NCBI GenBank assembly: GCA_016938065.1
Contig: JAFGVI010000026.1
Coordinates: 13,904-77,903 of the forward strand
Reading direction: 5' to 3'
DNA from: Deltaproteobacteria bacterium
GTDB lineage: Bacteria; Desulfobacterota; Anaeroferrophillalia; Anaeroferrophillales; Tharpellaceae
DNA length: 64,000 nt
The notes below the pieces were generated by a model. The model made no database searches, was not told where the DNA came from, and worked only from the letters and a program-made list of their open reading frames with translations. The stretch's first letter is position 1. Every line of letters starts with the position of its first letter. This document shows positions 19,000 to 28,564 of the stretch, piece by piece. A program made the position numbers and the translations under genes.

Positions 19000-20238
19000 A
19001 TGACAGCTATGATAAGCGATACAGCAAAAGCGGTAAAAATCATCAACGGAGTCTGGTGGGTAGGCGTCAACGATCACCTTAATCCTCTTTTTGAAGGCAT
19101 GTGGGCACTTCCGGACGGTATGAGATATAACGCCTACCTAGTTCAGGGCAAAAACAAAACGGCTCTGATTGAACTTTCCCGTGACGGTTTTGCTGAGCCT
19201 TTCATCAGAAAAATTGATGAGATTATTCCTTTGTCCGAAATTGACTACATAATTCATAATCATCTGGAACCGGATCACTCCGGTATTATTCCGATCATCT
19301 ACAAACGCTGTCCGCAGGCCAAAGTGCTGGCCACAGCCAAAGGTAAGAGCTTTCTTAAACAGTTTTACGGGGAAGGGGAGCGGGTTGACGCGGTTAATGA
19401 TGGCGACAGCATTGATCTCGGCGGTCGGACCTTACGTTTTCTCAGTTATCCCTGGCTCCATTGGCCGGATACCATGTTTACCTACCTGGAAGAGGACAAA
19501 GTCCTTTTCCCCTGTGATGCCTTCGGTGGTTACGGGGCCCCGGAAAAAGGCCTCTTTGATGATGAGATAGATCTGCAAACCTACTGGCCCGAGGCAAAAC
19601 GTTATTTAGGAACAATCGTCGCCTCCTATCTGGGCCATGTCGTCAAAGCAATCGACAAATGGCTTAAGGGAGGTATGGGCATCAACATCCTCTGCCCCTC
19701 TCATGGGCCGGTCTATCGCGGTAACCCGATGTCAATTATCAGCCGCTATCAGGAGTGGGCCAAAAATGACAAAAGTGACAAAGTCGTCATGATTGTCGGC
19801 TCAATGTGGGGCAACACGCATGAAATGGGAGCCATCGTCAAGCATCGCCTTGAGAAAAACGGGCTCGAAGTAAAATATTTTGATGCCGCCCTAGCGGAAC
19901 CGGGACAGGTTTTAGGGGAGATGCTCAATGCCGGCGGCATTGTTTTCGGGGCCCCGACCTATGATGCCAATATCTATCCGCGGCTTGAATATTTTCTGAT
20001 GCTTTTCAAAGGCAAGAAAAAGAACGGTTATCCGGTTGCAACCTTTAACCAGAACAGCTGGAATGTCAATATAACACCAAAAATCAACAGCTACCTGGAA
20101 GATATGAAGTCCCAGATTATTCCACCCCAGGTCGTCGGTCACGGAGCCCCGGACGCCGAAATCAGAAAAGAACTGGAGTTGATGGCTGACAATCTGACTG
20201 CCAAAATAAGAGATGCCTGCTTTATTCCGCAAGCCTGA
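19000..20238 (+). CDS. fprA: FprA-family A-type flavodiiron protein (MBL domain + flavodoxin domain)
   Basis: 412 aa. N-terminal MBL-like diiron domain (HNHLEPDHSG) and C-terminal flavodoxin-like domain (MIVGSMWGNTHEMG). RBS GGGGAGGAATAG lies before the ATG. Confidence 0.8.
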   Translation: MTAMISDTAKAVKIINGVWWVGVNDHLNPLFEGMWALPDGMRYNAYLVQGKNKTALIELSRDGFAEPFIRKIDEIIPLSEIDYIIHNHLEPDHSGIIPIIYKRCPQAKVLATAKGKSFLKQFYGEGERVDAVNDGDSIDLGGRTLRFLSYPWLHWPDTMFTYLEEDKVLFPCDAFGGYGAPEKGLFDDEIDLQTYWPEAKRYLGTIVASYLGHVVKAIDKWLKGGMGINILCPSHGPVYRGNPMSIISRYQEWAKNDKSDKVVMIVGSMWGNTHEMGAIVKHRLEKNGLEVKYFDAALAEPGQVLGEMLNAGGIVFGAPTYDANIYPRLEYFLMLFKGKKKNGYPVATFNQNSWNVNITPKINSYLEDMKSQIIPPQVVGHGAPDAEIRKELELMADNLTAKIRDACFIPQA

Positions 20239-20363
20239 TTACCCCATGAAAGATTTCTCAACCTGGACCCTTAATACTGGCGGGGCCTTTTTTGAGTAAA
20301 ATTTCAGGCGAAAGTGCACCAAGATTGACGGAAGAAATCTTTGTTGTTATAAAGGCCGTGAAT

Positions 20364-20999
20364 ATGGAGATAATTGTCCAAAAAATTGTAATTTACGCGG
20401 CGCCGATTCTCTTCGGCTTGACGTTTCACGAGTACGCTCACGGATTGATGGCTGATCGTCTGGGAGATCCTACACCGCGGAACATGGGTCGACTGACATT
20501 AAACCCCGTCGTACATCTTGATCCGATTGGAACCATGGTTTTCTTTGTCACGCAAGCTTTTGGCTGGGCCCGGCCGATTTCGATCAATCCCGGCAACCTC
20601 AACTCTCCCCGTCGTGATCTGATGTGGATTGCGCTGGCCGGACCCCTGGCTAATTTTCTTCTGGCTCTGTTTTGCGCTTTACTGTATCATCTTTTCAGAG
20701 CGGGTTCGGCCGTGATGGGAGAATGGCTCCTGCTGCCTTGCCAGAAAATGGCTGTAGCTGGCGTGGTGGTCAACCTCTCTCTCGGTCTTATAAATCTGAT
20801 ACCGATTCCTCCCCTGGATGGCGGCCGCATTCTGGCCGGTATTCTGCCCGAGCGACCCGCTGGCTATCTCGCTAAAATTGATTCTTACGGCACAATTCTT
20901 CTCCTTATTCTGGTTTTAAGCGACAGCTTGAGTCTTTTTCTCTGGCCCCTGCTTTCGGGCTTGACCAGCTTCCTGCTTTACGGAGTAATATCTTTTTAA
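20364..20999 (+). CDS. Site-2 protease family zinc metalloprotease (membrane)
   Basis: HEYAHG (HExxH) in the first TM region. Multiple TM helices and an LDGG motif. The track ORF begins at 20292; the internal M at 20364 is a more plausible start. Confidence 0.7.
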   Translation: MEIIVQKIVIYAAPILFGLTFHEYAHGLMADRLGDPTPRNMGRLTLNPVVHLDPIGTMVFFVTQAFGWARPISINPGNLNSPRRDLMWIALAGPLANFLLALFCALLYHLFRAGSAVMGEWLLLPCQKMAVAGVVVNLSLGLINLIPIPPLDGGRILAGILPERPAGYLAKIDSYGTILLLILVLSDSLSLFLWPLLSGLTSFLLYGVISF

Positions 21000-21045
21000 T
21001 CACAACTTTCAACGGACAACAGTTGAAGCTATACATGAGGTATTT

Positions 21046-22038
21046 ATGGCAGCAAAAAAGAAGAGGGTTGTTTCGGGCATGCGAACAACGGGTAAACTTC
21101 ATCTCGGACACTACCACGGTGTGCTCACCAACTGGCTCAAACTCCAGGATGATTATGATTGTTACTTTTTTGCCGCTGACTGGCATGCCCTGACCAGTGA
21201 GTACCAGAATCCGGCTATAGTGAAAGAGAGTACCAGAGACATTTTTATTGATTGGTTGAGTGTCGGCATCGACCCGGAGAAGGCGACCCTTTTTATACAG
21301 TCGCAGATCAAAGAACACGCCGAACTCCATCTTCTCCTTTCGATGATTACCCCTCTGCCCTGGCTTTTGCGCAACCCCACCTACAAAGACTCGCAGGTCG
21401 TAGGGCAGGGGGAGGAACAGGCAACGTACGGCTTTCTCGGCTATCCGGTTCTCCAGGCAGCCGATATTATCATCTATATGGCAAACCTGGTGCCCATCGG
21501 TGTAGATCAACTGCCCCATGTCGAATTGACCCGGGAAATTACACGCCGTTTCAACTATCTTTATGGCGATACCTTTCCGATACCGGAACCGATTCTGACC
21601 GAGCTCTCCAAAGTAACCGGTCTCGATGGCCGCAAGATGAGCAAAAGCTACAATAATGCCATTCACCTTTCTGACGACGAAGAAACGCTGAAAAATAAAG
21701 TCGCTTCGATGGTGACTGATGTGCAGAGGGCCCGGCGTAAAGATCCGGGAGATCCAGAAAAGTGTAATCTCTTCCCTCTGCATCCGCTCTATTCGCAGCC
21801 GGAAGAGATTGCTGAAATCTGTTCCGCCTGTCCCAGGGCTGAAATCGGCTGCGTTGACTGTAAAAAGATTCTCTTGCGCAACCTGATAAGGGGTCTGGCC
21901 CCGGTTCACGAGAGACAGAGCTACTATCAGAATCATCCCCAATTGCTCGACGACATCATTGCCGATGGCACGGAAAAAGCCCTGGCCATAACCCGGGAGA
22001 CGATGCTTAAAGTACGGGCGGCAGTCAAATTAAGCTGA
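21046..22038 (+). CDS. trpS: Tryptophan--tRNA ligase
   Basis: 330 aa. Class I HIGH-like GKLHLGHY and KMSKS motifs. Confidence 0.9.
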   Translation: MAAKKKRVVSGMRTTGKLHLGHYHGVLTNWLKLQDDYDCYFFAADWHALTSEYQNPAIVKESTRDIFIDWLSVGIDPEKATLFIQSQIKEHAELHLLLSMITPLPWLLRNPTYKDSQVVGQGEEQATYGFLGYPVLQAADIIIYMANLVPIGVDQLPHVELTREITRRFNYLYGDTFPIPEPILTELSKVTGLDGRKMSKSYNNAIHLSDDEETLKNKVASMVTDVQRARRKDPGDPEKCNLFPLHPLYSQPEEIAEICSACPRAEIGCVDCKKILLRNLIRGLAPVHERQSYYQNHPQLLDDIIADGTEKALAITRETMLKVRAAVKLS

Positions 22039-22059
22039 TCTTGAGCAAAGCAGGAAAAC

Positions 22060-22827
22060 GTGGAACCTGATACAGATTTAATCCGCTTGCAGAAATATAT
22101 CGCCGACTGCGGCGTAACCTCAAGACGGCGGGCAGAAATTATGATTTCCGAAGGACGGGTCAGCGTTAACGGAAATATCATTAATGAGCAAGGGGTTAAA
22201 ATAAATCCGCAAGCCGATCAGGTTAAGGTTGATGGAAAGATTGTCTCCCTGAAGGCGGAATCGTCCAGAAAAACCCTGCTGCTGCATAAACCGGTCGGTT
22301 ATGTAAGCACGATGGAAGATCCTCAGAACCGTCCTCTGGTGAAAGATCTGTACGCCGACCTCAAGGAACGCTTTTATCCGGTTGGCCGGCTGGACATTAA
22401 CACTTCAGGATTACTGCTCTGCACCAACGATGGAGAACTGGCTTATCAGTTAATGCATCCCCGCTTTAAATTTGAAAAAGAGTATCTGATAACCGTAGCT
22501 GGTTATTTTGGCATCAATGATCTGACTGCCTTAAAGAGGGGAGTTGAACTTGAAGATGGACCGGCTCAACCTTTACGGGCATGGATTAAACAGAGCCACA
22601 GTCGACAAAGTGAGCTCTCCATGGTGATCGGCGAGGGACGTAACCGACAGGTGCGACGGATGATGGCGGCTCTGGGTTTTTCAGTAATATCTCTGCAACG
22701 AACCAGACTGGCGTTTCTCACCCTTGCGGGCGTTAAAAAAGGTTCATGGCGCTGGCTGCAGAAGCCTGAGCTCGATAATCTCCGCCGGCTGGCGGAAAAG
22801 GGGCAGGACGATAAAGATGGGATCTGA
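22060..22827 (+). CDS. rluB: rRNA pseudouridine synthase, RsuA/RluB family (S4 domain + catalytic domain)
   Basis: 255 aa. N-terminal S4 domain (RLQKYIADCGVTSRRRAEIMI) and catalytic GRLDINTSGLLL motif. Confidence 0.8.
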   Translation: MEPDTDLIRLQKYIADCGVTSRRRAEIMISEGRVSVNGNIINEQGVKINPQADQVKVDGKIVSLKAESSRKTLLLHKPVGYVSTMEDPQNRPLVKDLYADLKERFYPVGRLDINTSGLLLCTNDGELAYQLMHPRFKFEKEYLITVAGYFGINDLTALKRGVELEDGPAQPLRAWIKQSHSRQSELSMVIGEGRNRQVRRMMAALGFSVISLQRTRLAFLTLAGVKKGSWRWLQKPELDNLRRLAEKGQDDKDGI

Positions 22828-25069
22828 ACCTCTGCAAGTAATTTTTCTCTGGCATATGCATCAGCCGGATTATCGGGATGCCAAAGCCCAGCATGCAATG
22901 ATGCCCTGGGTACGCCTGCACGGCATTAAAGATTATCTGGACATGGTAACCATTCTGGACGATTTTCCCAAGGTTCGACAAAATTTTAATCTTGTCCCTT
23001 CGCTTCTGGATCAGCTGCAGGGTTATGTTGACGGCAGCTTAAGCGATCAGGCCTTGGAGCTTACCTTGAAAAAAGCCGACCTGCTGACTGTCGAAGATCG
23101 GGTCAGTCTGCTCGGTTCATTTTTTCACGCCCATTGGGATAACATGGTAAAACCCTATCCACGTTACTGGGAGCTCCTCAAAATGCGCGGGTTTCATCCA
23201 TCAGCCCAGGCTATGCTTGAAGTGCAGCGTTATTTTTCACAACAAGACTTTCTCGATCTTCAGGTCTGGTACAATCTGGTCTGGTTCGACCCGGTTTTCC
23301 GAACGCAATATCCGTTTCTGCTCGGACTGATCCGGCGAGGGCGCAATTTTACGGAAGATGACAAGCAGGCGCTCATCCTGCTGCAGCAGCAGATTCTCAG
23401 CAAGATCATTCCCGCCTATAGAAGTCGGCATGAAGCCGGCAGAATAGAACTTTCAACAACTCCCTATTATCATCCGATTCTGCCGTTGCTTTACGACAGC
23501 AATCTTGCGTCAATCTCCCAGCCGCACGACCCCTTACCAAGCCTGCGCTTCTCCCACCCCGAAGATGTCGCAACCCAGATCAACAGAGCCATGGAACGTC
23601 ATGAACAATATTTTGGTCATCGGCCGGTCGGAATGTGGCCATCGGAAGGGTCAGTCTGCCAGGAAATCATTCCTTACTTTTATCATGCAGGTATTCAATG
23701 GATTGCTACCGATGAAGGGATTCTGGCTAATTCAATCGGCCGCGAACCCCAGCGCAACCAGTTTGATGTAGTAAACGATCCAGCCTCGTGGTATCGCTCC
23801 CACCGGATTGAAGAAGGAAATGGGGGAGTCGATGTAATTTTTCGCGACCACCTGCTCTCTGATCTTATCGGTTTTGTCTACTCGCGTTGGAATGAAAATC
23901 AGGCGGCCGACGACTTTATCCAGCGCCTGCTGGAGATCAAAAAAGCTATGGGCAACCAAGTAGGTGAGAGAGCCGTAGCCATAATTCTGGATGGAGAGAA
24001 TGCCTGGGAACATTATCCCGGAGATGGCGCTCCATTTCTGCGGGAACTTTATGGTCGCCTGAATGACAGCTCCGAACTGGAAGCTGTGACCATCGCTGAT
24101 TATCTTTCCCGACGCCGGGAACCAGCCCCTCAGATCAAGCGGATTTATCCCGGTTCGTGGATTAATCGCAACTTCAGGATCTGGATCGGCCACCAGGAAG
24201 ACAATCTGGCGTGGGATTATCTGGGACAAGCGCGACGAACCCTGGTTCTTTTTGAGCAGCAGCACAAAGAAAAGATAAAAGCAGATACCAGTTTAAAGGA
24301 AAAAATCAATAACGCCTGGGAACATATCTATATCGCAGAAGGAAGTGACTGGTGCTGGTGGTACGGAGACGATCACAGTTCAGAAAATGATGCCGACTTT
24401 GATGAACTGTTCCGACAGCATCTGATAAGTGTTTACCTTTTCCTGGATGAAGCAGTGCCGGAAAATCTCAGTCGACCAATCATCCAGATTGACAAAAAAC
24501 TGCATCCCAAGACAGAGATCATCTCCTTTATCAATCCTAAAATAGATGGTGACATCAGCAGTTATTACGAATGGAGAGCAGCAGCTCTTTATGACGTAGC
24601 CCAGCTGGGTGGAGCCATGCACCGATCTGAATATCTGGTCAAAGAAATTTTTTACGGATTCAGTCTGGAAAAGTTTTTTCTGCGAATCGACATTGAGCGA
24701 AAATTCTTAATCGACAATGACTATCTTATCGATATCAGCATTGTTAAAGGGCCGCAGAAGAAGGTTGTCTGTCAAATCTGTTATATGCCTGAAACCCAAC
24801 GTTTAACCATTACTTACAACCGGTTTGCCGATACAGAGCGCCTACGGCTGGATGAAAGCTGTCTGGATGGTGAAATCTGTTTCGCCGTCGATACAATACT
24901 TGAACTCGGTATCAGCTTTGCCTTCCTTGAACTTGTAGCGGGTAATGATCTTAACTTTGCCGTAACCATAAAACAGCATGGGGAGGAGGTGCAAACCATA
25001 CCTTCCGGCGGATATCTGCATCTTACCGTTCCAGGACCAGACTTTGAGGAACATATGTGGTATGTATGA
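22817..25069 (+). CDS. Glycoside hydrolase family 57 protein (alpha-amylase / 4-alpha-glucanotransferase-like)
   Basis: The start MGSEPLQVIFLWHMHQPDYRD carries the GH57 HQP motif. About 750 aa. The ATG at 22817 overlaps the rluB stop (track ORF starts further upstream, in frame, at 22724). Confidence 0.75.
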   Translation: MGSEPLQVIFLWHMHQPDYRDAKAQHAMMPWVRLHGIKDYLDMVTILDDFPKVRQNFNLVPSLLDQLQGYVDGSLSDQALELTLKKADLLTVEDRVSLLGSFFHAHWDNMVKPYPRYWELLKMRGFHPSAQAMLEVQRYFSQQDFLDLQVWYNLVWFDPVFRTQYPFLLGLIRRGRNFTEDDKQALILLQQQILSKIIPAYRSRHEAGRIELSTTPYYHPILPLLYDSNLASISQPHDPLPSLRFSHPEDVATQINRAMERHEQYFGHRPVGMWPSEGSVCQEIIPYFYHAGIQWIATDEGILANSIGREPQRNQFDVVNDPASWYRSHRIEEGNGGVDVIFRDHLLSDLIGFVYSRWNENQAADDFIQRLLEIKKAMGNQVGERAVAIILDGENAWEHYPGDGAPFLRELYGRLNDSSELEAVTIADYLSRRREPAPQIKRIYPGSWINRNFRIWIGHQEDNLAWDYLGQARRTLVLFEQQHKEKIKADTSLKEKINNAWEHIYIAEGSDWCWWYGDDHSSENDADFDELFRQHLISVYLFLDEAVPENLSRPIIQIDKKLHPKTEIISFINPKIDGDISSYYEWRAAALYDVAQLGGAMHRSEYLVKEIFYGFSLEKFFLRIDIERKFLIDNDYLIDISIVKGPQKKVVCQICYMPETQRLTITYNRFADTERLRLDESCLDGEICFAVDTILELGISFAFLELVAGNDLNFAVTIKQHGEEVQTIPSGGYLHLTVPGPDFEEHMWYV

Positions 25070-25428
25070 AAGAACTTCAGCTGTACCTTAATAAATCAAC
25101 GATAAAAATTTTTAAAGACTTTTTTAAATACTTTTCGAGATTTTTATTCGTGCCCCACTTTCTACCTTCATAACTTCTGATAAGATGTATTATGTTAACT
25201 TTAATCGGTGGACGAAAAGACCTGGTTCGCCCTTGCACACCTCCATACATACCGAACGCCTTGCACAGGTTACTTTTGCTCACAGGCTCAATTCGCAAGC
25301 TACCTTCATTCATACAGCTATCAATGAAATTATTTCTGGACATCTTTACCGTAAAGCTGTTACGCTTTGTTCGATCTTGCGGGCTCGTTCGCATCAGTTA
25401 AGTTAATAATATTCAGCAGGTCTTTTTT

Positions 25429-26040
25429 TTGCGCATGAAGAAAAACATTGCAGTAGCCGGCAATATAGGATCTGGCAAATCCCGTCTTATCGACTTCCTT
25501 TGCGCCACTTATCCTCTGGTGCCGTTCAAGGCCTCCTGCGACAATCCATATCTCAATAATTTCTACAGCGATATGCCGCGCTGGTCTTTTCATTCACAAA
25601 TCTTTATCTTAACCGAAAAATTTAAAAACTTTGAAAAGCACTCATCTACCTTCCATTCAGTTATCCAGAATCGAACAATTTATGAGGATGCTGAAATTTT
25701 CGCTCGCAACCTTTATCAGTCCGGTGAGATGAGCGAAACCGACTTCAAAGTCTACTATGATTTTTTCCTTACTCTGACCAGAACCCTGCCGCCCCCTGAT
25801 CTGCTTATCTATCTTCACTCCTCTGTCGGAGCGTCCAGAAAACGCCTACAGGAACGTTCTTCCCCTTTAAATCGACAGATTACCAATTCGTATTTAAAAC
25901 GCCTCAATCGCCTGTATGTTAACTGGATTGCCGACTACAATCTTTCGGAAGTTATTATTATCGACACGGAGCACCTCGATTTTGCCACCAACCTTGTCGA
26001 CCGTGTTGATATACTTGCAGCAATTGAGAGATTTATCTGA
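25429..26040 (+). CDS. Deoxynucleoside kinase (dAK/dGK/dCK family)
   Basis: 203 aa. P-loop AVAGNIGSGKS at the N-terminus, with downstream deoxynucleoside-kinase-like motifs. Confidence 0.75.
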   Translation: MRMKKNIAVAGNIGSGKSRLIDFLCATYPLVPFKASCDNPYLNNFYSDMPRWSFHSQIFILTEKFKNFEKHSSTFHSVIQNRTIYEDAEIFARNLYQSGEMSETDFKVYYDFFLTLTRTLPPPDLLIYLHSSVGASRKRLQERSSPLNRQITNSYLKRLNRLYVNWIADYNLSEVIIIDTEHLDFATNLVDRVDILAAIERFI

Positions 26041-26184
26041 TTTATCTTTTCACCTTTAATCTTTTACTTCAACCTTTGCCTCAGTCGCGACTTTGCGATT
26101 AAATCCCTTTTTAACTTGACAATTTTCGTTCCATCCAGTAATGAGTCGCGCAAATTTATAATACTCCATGGAGGATATTTACAC

Positions 26185-26466
26185 ATGATTTGCCAGACCA
26201 TAAGAAAAGGAAGTGAATGTTTTTTGATGAAGGCTAACGGCTGTTCTTTTGCTGATGGCAGCTGTAAACCGATAATCGACAAATGTGAAGGATGCGCCCG
26301 GGTAACCGTAGTAGATGAAAAAAGTTATTGTCTCTCCTACCCCGATCCGGCGAGCCGTTGGCTCAATGGAACCTGTACCATGGCGACACACATCAAACGT
26401 GACGTTGAACAGATCAAGAAGAAGATCAACCCGTTGAAAGCTTCGAAAAAAGGTATTCGCAGCTAG
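26185..26466 (+). CDS. PxxKW-like cysteine-rich small protein (about 10 Cys in 93 aa), function unknown
   Basis: ATG at 26185 preceded by GGAGGATATTTACAC (RBS). Sequence MICQTIRKGSECFLMKANGCSFADGSCKPIIDKCEGCARVTVVDEKSYCLSYPDPASRWLNGTCTMATH. The PDPASRW-NGTC motif resembles the PxxKW family signature. Confidence 0.5.
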   Translation: MICQTIRKGSECFLMKANGCSFADGSCKPIIDKCEGCARVTVVDEKSYCLSYPDPASRWLNGTCTMATHIKRDVEQIKKKINPLKASKKGIRS

Positions 26467-26498
26467 GTCTTTATCTATTCTTATTTGGTTCAACCCTA

Positions 26499-26533
26499 TA
26501 AGGCAGGAAGAGTATTACCATCTTCTTGCCTTA
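26499..26533 (+). terminator. Candidate terminator hairpin after the PxxKW-like gene
   Basis: TAAGGCAGGAAGA-gtattaccat-TCTTCTTGCCTTA, one mismatch, weak U-tract. Confidence 0.35.
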
Positions 26534-26554
26534 TGAGTTTTATGACTTCGATCT

Positions 26555-27112
26555 ATGCGCATAACCGGCGGCACATTTAAGGGCAGGAAATTAAACACTG
26601 TCAGGAATAAGGCCGTTCGGCCTACCAAGGCGATGGTTCGTGAAGCTCTGTTTTCGATATTGGGACCGGGTTTTTGCCATAACAAAAGAATTCTCGACCT
26701 CTTTTCCGGCAGCGGCATTATGGCTCTGGAGTCATTAAGTCGCGGCGCACGACAGGTCATCTGTGTTGATTCGGATGTTGACAGCTGTTCTCTTATTAAA
26801 ACTAATTTCAGTTTGCTCGGGGCTGACAGTTCGGCTCAATTGCTGCACATGGGTGTTTCACAGGCATTATCATATCTCGCTTCTTCCGGGAAAATATTTG
26901 ATCTGATTTTTTTAGATCCGCCTTACACTGATCCCGAAATCGGGATAAAGACTATGGATGACGCTTTTACCGCGCGACTTTTTGCTCCCGACGCCACTGC
27001 CGTCCTTGAACACAGGGCGAAAATTGATCTGCCCCCGTCAAAAGGCATGACGATGTGGAAACAGAAAAAATATGGTCTGACTATGCTTACCTTTTTTAGA
27101 AAAGAGCTATGA
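26555..27112 (+). CDS. rsmD: 16S rRNA (guanine966-N2)-methyltransferase
   Basis: 185 aa. MRITGGTFKGRKL start and a DPPY catalytic motif (FLDPPY). Confidence 0.8.
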   Translation: MRITGGTFKGRKLNTVRNKAVRPTKAMVREALFSILGPGFCHNKRILDLFSGSGIMALESLSRGARQVICVDSDVDSCSLIKTNFSLLGADSSAQLLHMGVSQALSYLASSGKIFDLIFLDPPYTDPEIGIKTMDDAFTARLFAPDATAVLEHRAKIDLPPSKGMTMWKQKKYGLTMLTFFRKEL

Positions 27113-27174
27113 TTTTCATTTAACTTGTGTCTACGCCTGTTTATTTTTATTTAAGATCTACAACGGAGAGTCTT

Positions 27175-27687
27175 TTGACACTGTTTAAAAAAGAAATCTC
27201 GCATGAAAAGACGGTTGCCGTTTTTCCCGGTTCTTTCGACCCCGTTACGGTTGGTCATATTGATCTGATTGAAAGGAGTGCGGTTGTTTTTGATGAGGTT
27301 GTGGTTGCCGTTGCCTGTAACCAGGAAAAGACCCCGCTTTTTACAGTTGAAGAAAGAATCAAGATGATCGAGCAGGTTTTTTCTCATAATCTACAGGTCA
27401 AGGTTGAGACCTTCAGTGGGCTCCTGATCGACTATCTCATTAAAAGGGAAGCCCATGTCATTATTCGTGGCCTCAGGGCGGTTTCCGACTTTGAATATGA
27501 ATTTCAGATGGCTCTGATGAATCGTAAGCTGGCCCCCGGCATCGAAACTTTTTTCATGACTTCCAGTGCCCTCTATACCTATGTCAGTTCTAGAATTGTT
27601 AAAGAACTCGCCTCTTTAGGAGGAGACGTCTCAGATCTTGTTCATCCACTGGTTGAGAAAAAAATTAAAGCAAAATATAGCTCCTGA
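27175..27687 (+). CDS. coaD: Phosphopantetheine adenylyltransferase
   Basis: KTVAVFPGSFDPVTVGHIDLI matches the canonical CoaD N-terminus. A TTG at 27175 preceded by GGAG is the likely start (track ORF starts at the in-frame ATG 27127). Confidence 0.85.
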   Translation: MTLFKKEISHEKTVAVFPGSFDPVTVGHIDLIERSAVVFDEVVVAVACNQEKTPLFTVEERIKMIEQVFSHNLQVKVETFSGLLIDYLIKREAHVIIRGLRAVSDFEYEFQMALMNRKLAPGIETFFMTSSALYTYVSSRIVKELASLGGDVSDLVHPLVEKKIKAKYSS

Positions 27688-27688
27688 C

Positions 27689-28564
27689 GTGAGTTTTCTG
27701 AAAAACTACTGTAAAGTTGCAGGCGCACTTCTTCTGTGGAGTACATGGGGGGTCCTAGTAAAAAGACTTCAGCTCGCACCCCACCATATTGTTTTTCTGA
27801 CAACTCTTTTTTCCCTGCCCACGATCCTGGTTTTAGCCGGCAGGAATCCGAGAACACTGCGCGATAATCTTTCCGGAGCTCGCCGGAATTACCCCTATCT
27901 TGTTCTTCTGGCTCTCAGCCTGCTCATCAATAATTACTTTTACTTTGCTGCGTTCAATCAGACTTCTATTGCGATTGCGGTTTTTTCACACTATACGGCA
28001 CCTCTTTTTGTTGCCTTGATGGCTCCATTTCTGATTGCGGAAAGGTTTGAGAAACGTCTTCTGCTTCCGCTTTTCATGGCATTATCGGGCCTCGCGCTGA
28101 TTCTTGCTCAGGACTGGCTTACCAATTTTTCGGCCGCTGATCTGAAAGGATCTTTTTATGGGGTTGCTTCCGGCCTGGCCTATGCCTTTACGCTTATCTT
28201 TGCTAAACGTTTAACCGCATATCTTACCCCTTTATCTCTAGCTTTCTGGCAGGGATTCTTCATTGTTGTCTTATTATTCCCTTTTTATATTTTAAGCCCT
28301 CCCTTATTTTTACCACAGTCAGCTTGGTTTCTGCTGGCTGGCATAGGTGTAACGCATTGTGCCTTGGCCCCAATGCTCTATCTCTCCGGTTTAAAACATA
28401 TTAAAGCCCAGCATGTGGCGGTTATCGGCTATATTGAGCCTTTGTCAGCGGTTTTACTCGGCCTCCTGCTGATGCATGAAGCTCCAGTCTGGTCGACCTG
28501 GCTAGGCGGTTCGGCAATACTTTTTTCCGGATTCATTATCACCAGCCAGAAAAAGACAATTTGA
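27689..28564 (+). CDS. EamA/DMT-family transporter (10 TM)
   Basis: Highly hydrophobic ORF of about 291 aa with two EamA-like halves. GTG at 27689 lies just after the coaD stop (track ORF starts at 27638, inside coaD). Confidence 0.65.
   Translation: MSFLKNYCKVAGALLLWSTWGVLVKRLQLAPHHIVFLTTLFSLPTILVLAGRNPRTLRDNLSGARRNYPYLVLLALSLLINNYFYFAAFNQTSIAIAVFSHYTAPLFVALMAPFLIAERFEKRLLLPLFMALSGLALILAQDWLTNFSAADLKGSFYGVASGLAYAFTLIFAKRLTAYLTPLSLAFWQGFFIVVLLFPFYILSPPLFLPQSAWFLLAGIGVTHCALAPMLYLSGLKHIKAQHVAVIGYIEPLSAVLLGLLLMHEAPVWSTWLGGSAILFSGFIITSQKKTI

Noticed and set aside
24380-24622. Short ORFs inside the GH57 gene on the opposite strand
   Set aside because: They are shadow ORFs. The GH57 frame is continuous with conserved motifs.
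25077-25394. 105-aa minus-strand ORF in the long GH57/dNK spacer
   Set aside because: It has low-complexity basic sequence, no RBS and no family resemblance. The region is more plausibly noncoding; it is reported as a finding instead.
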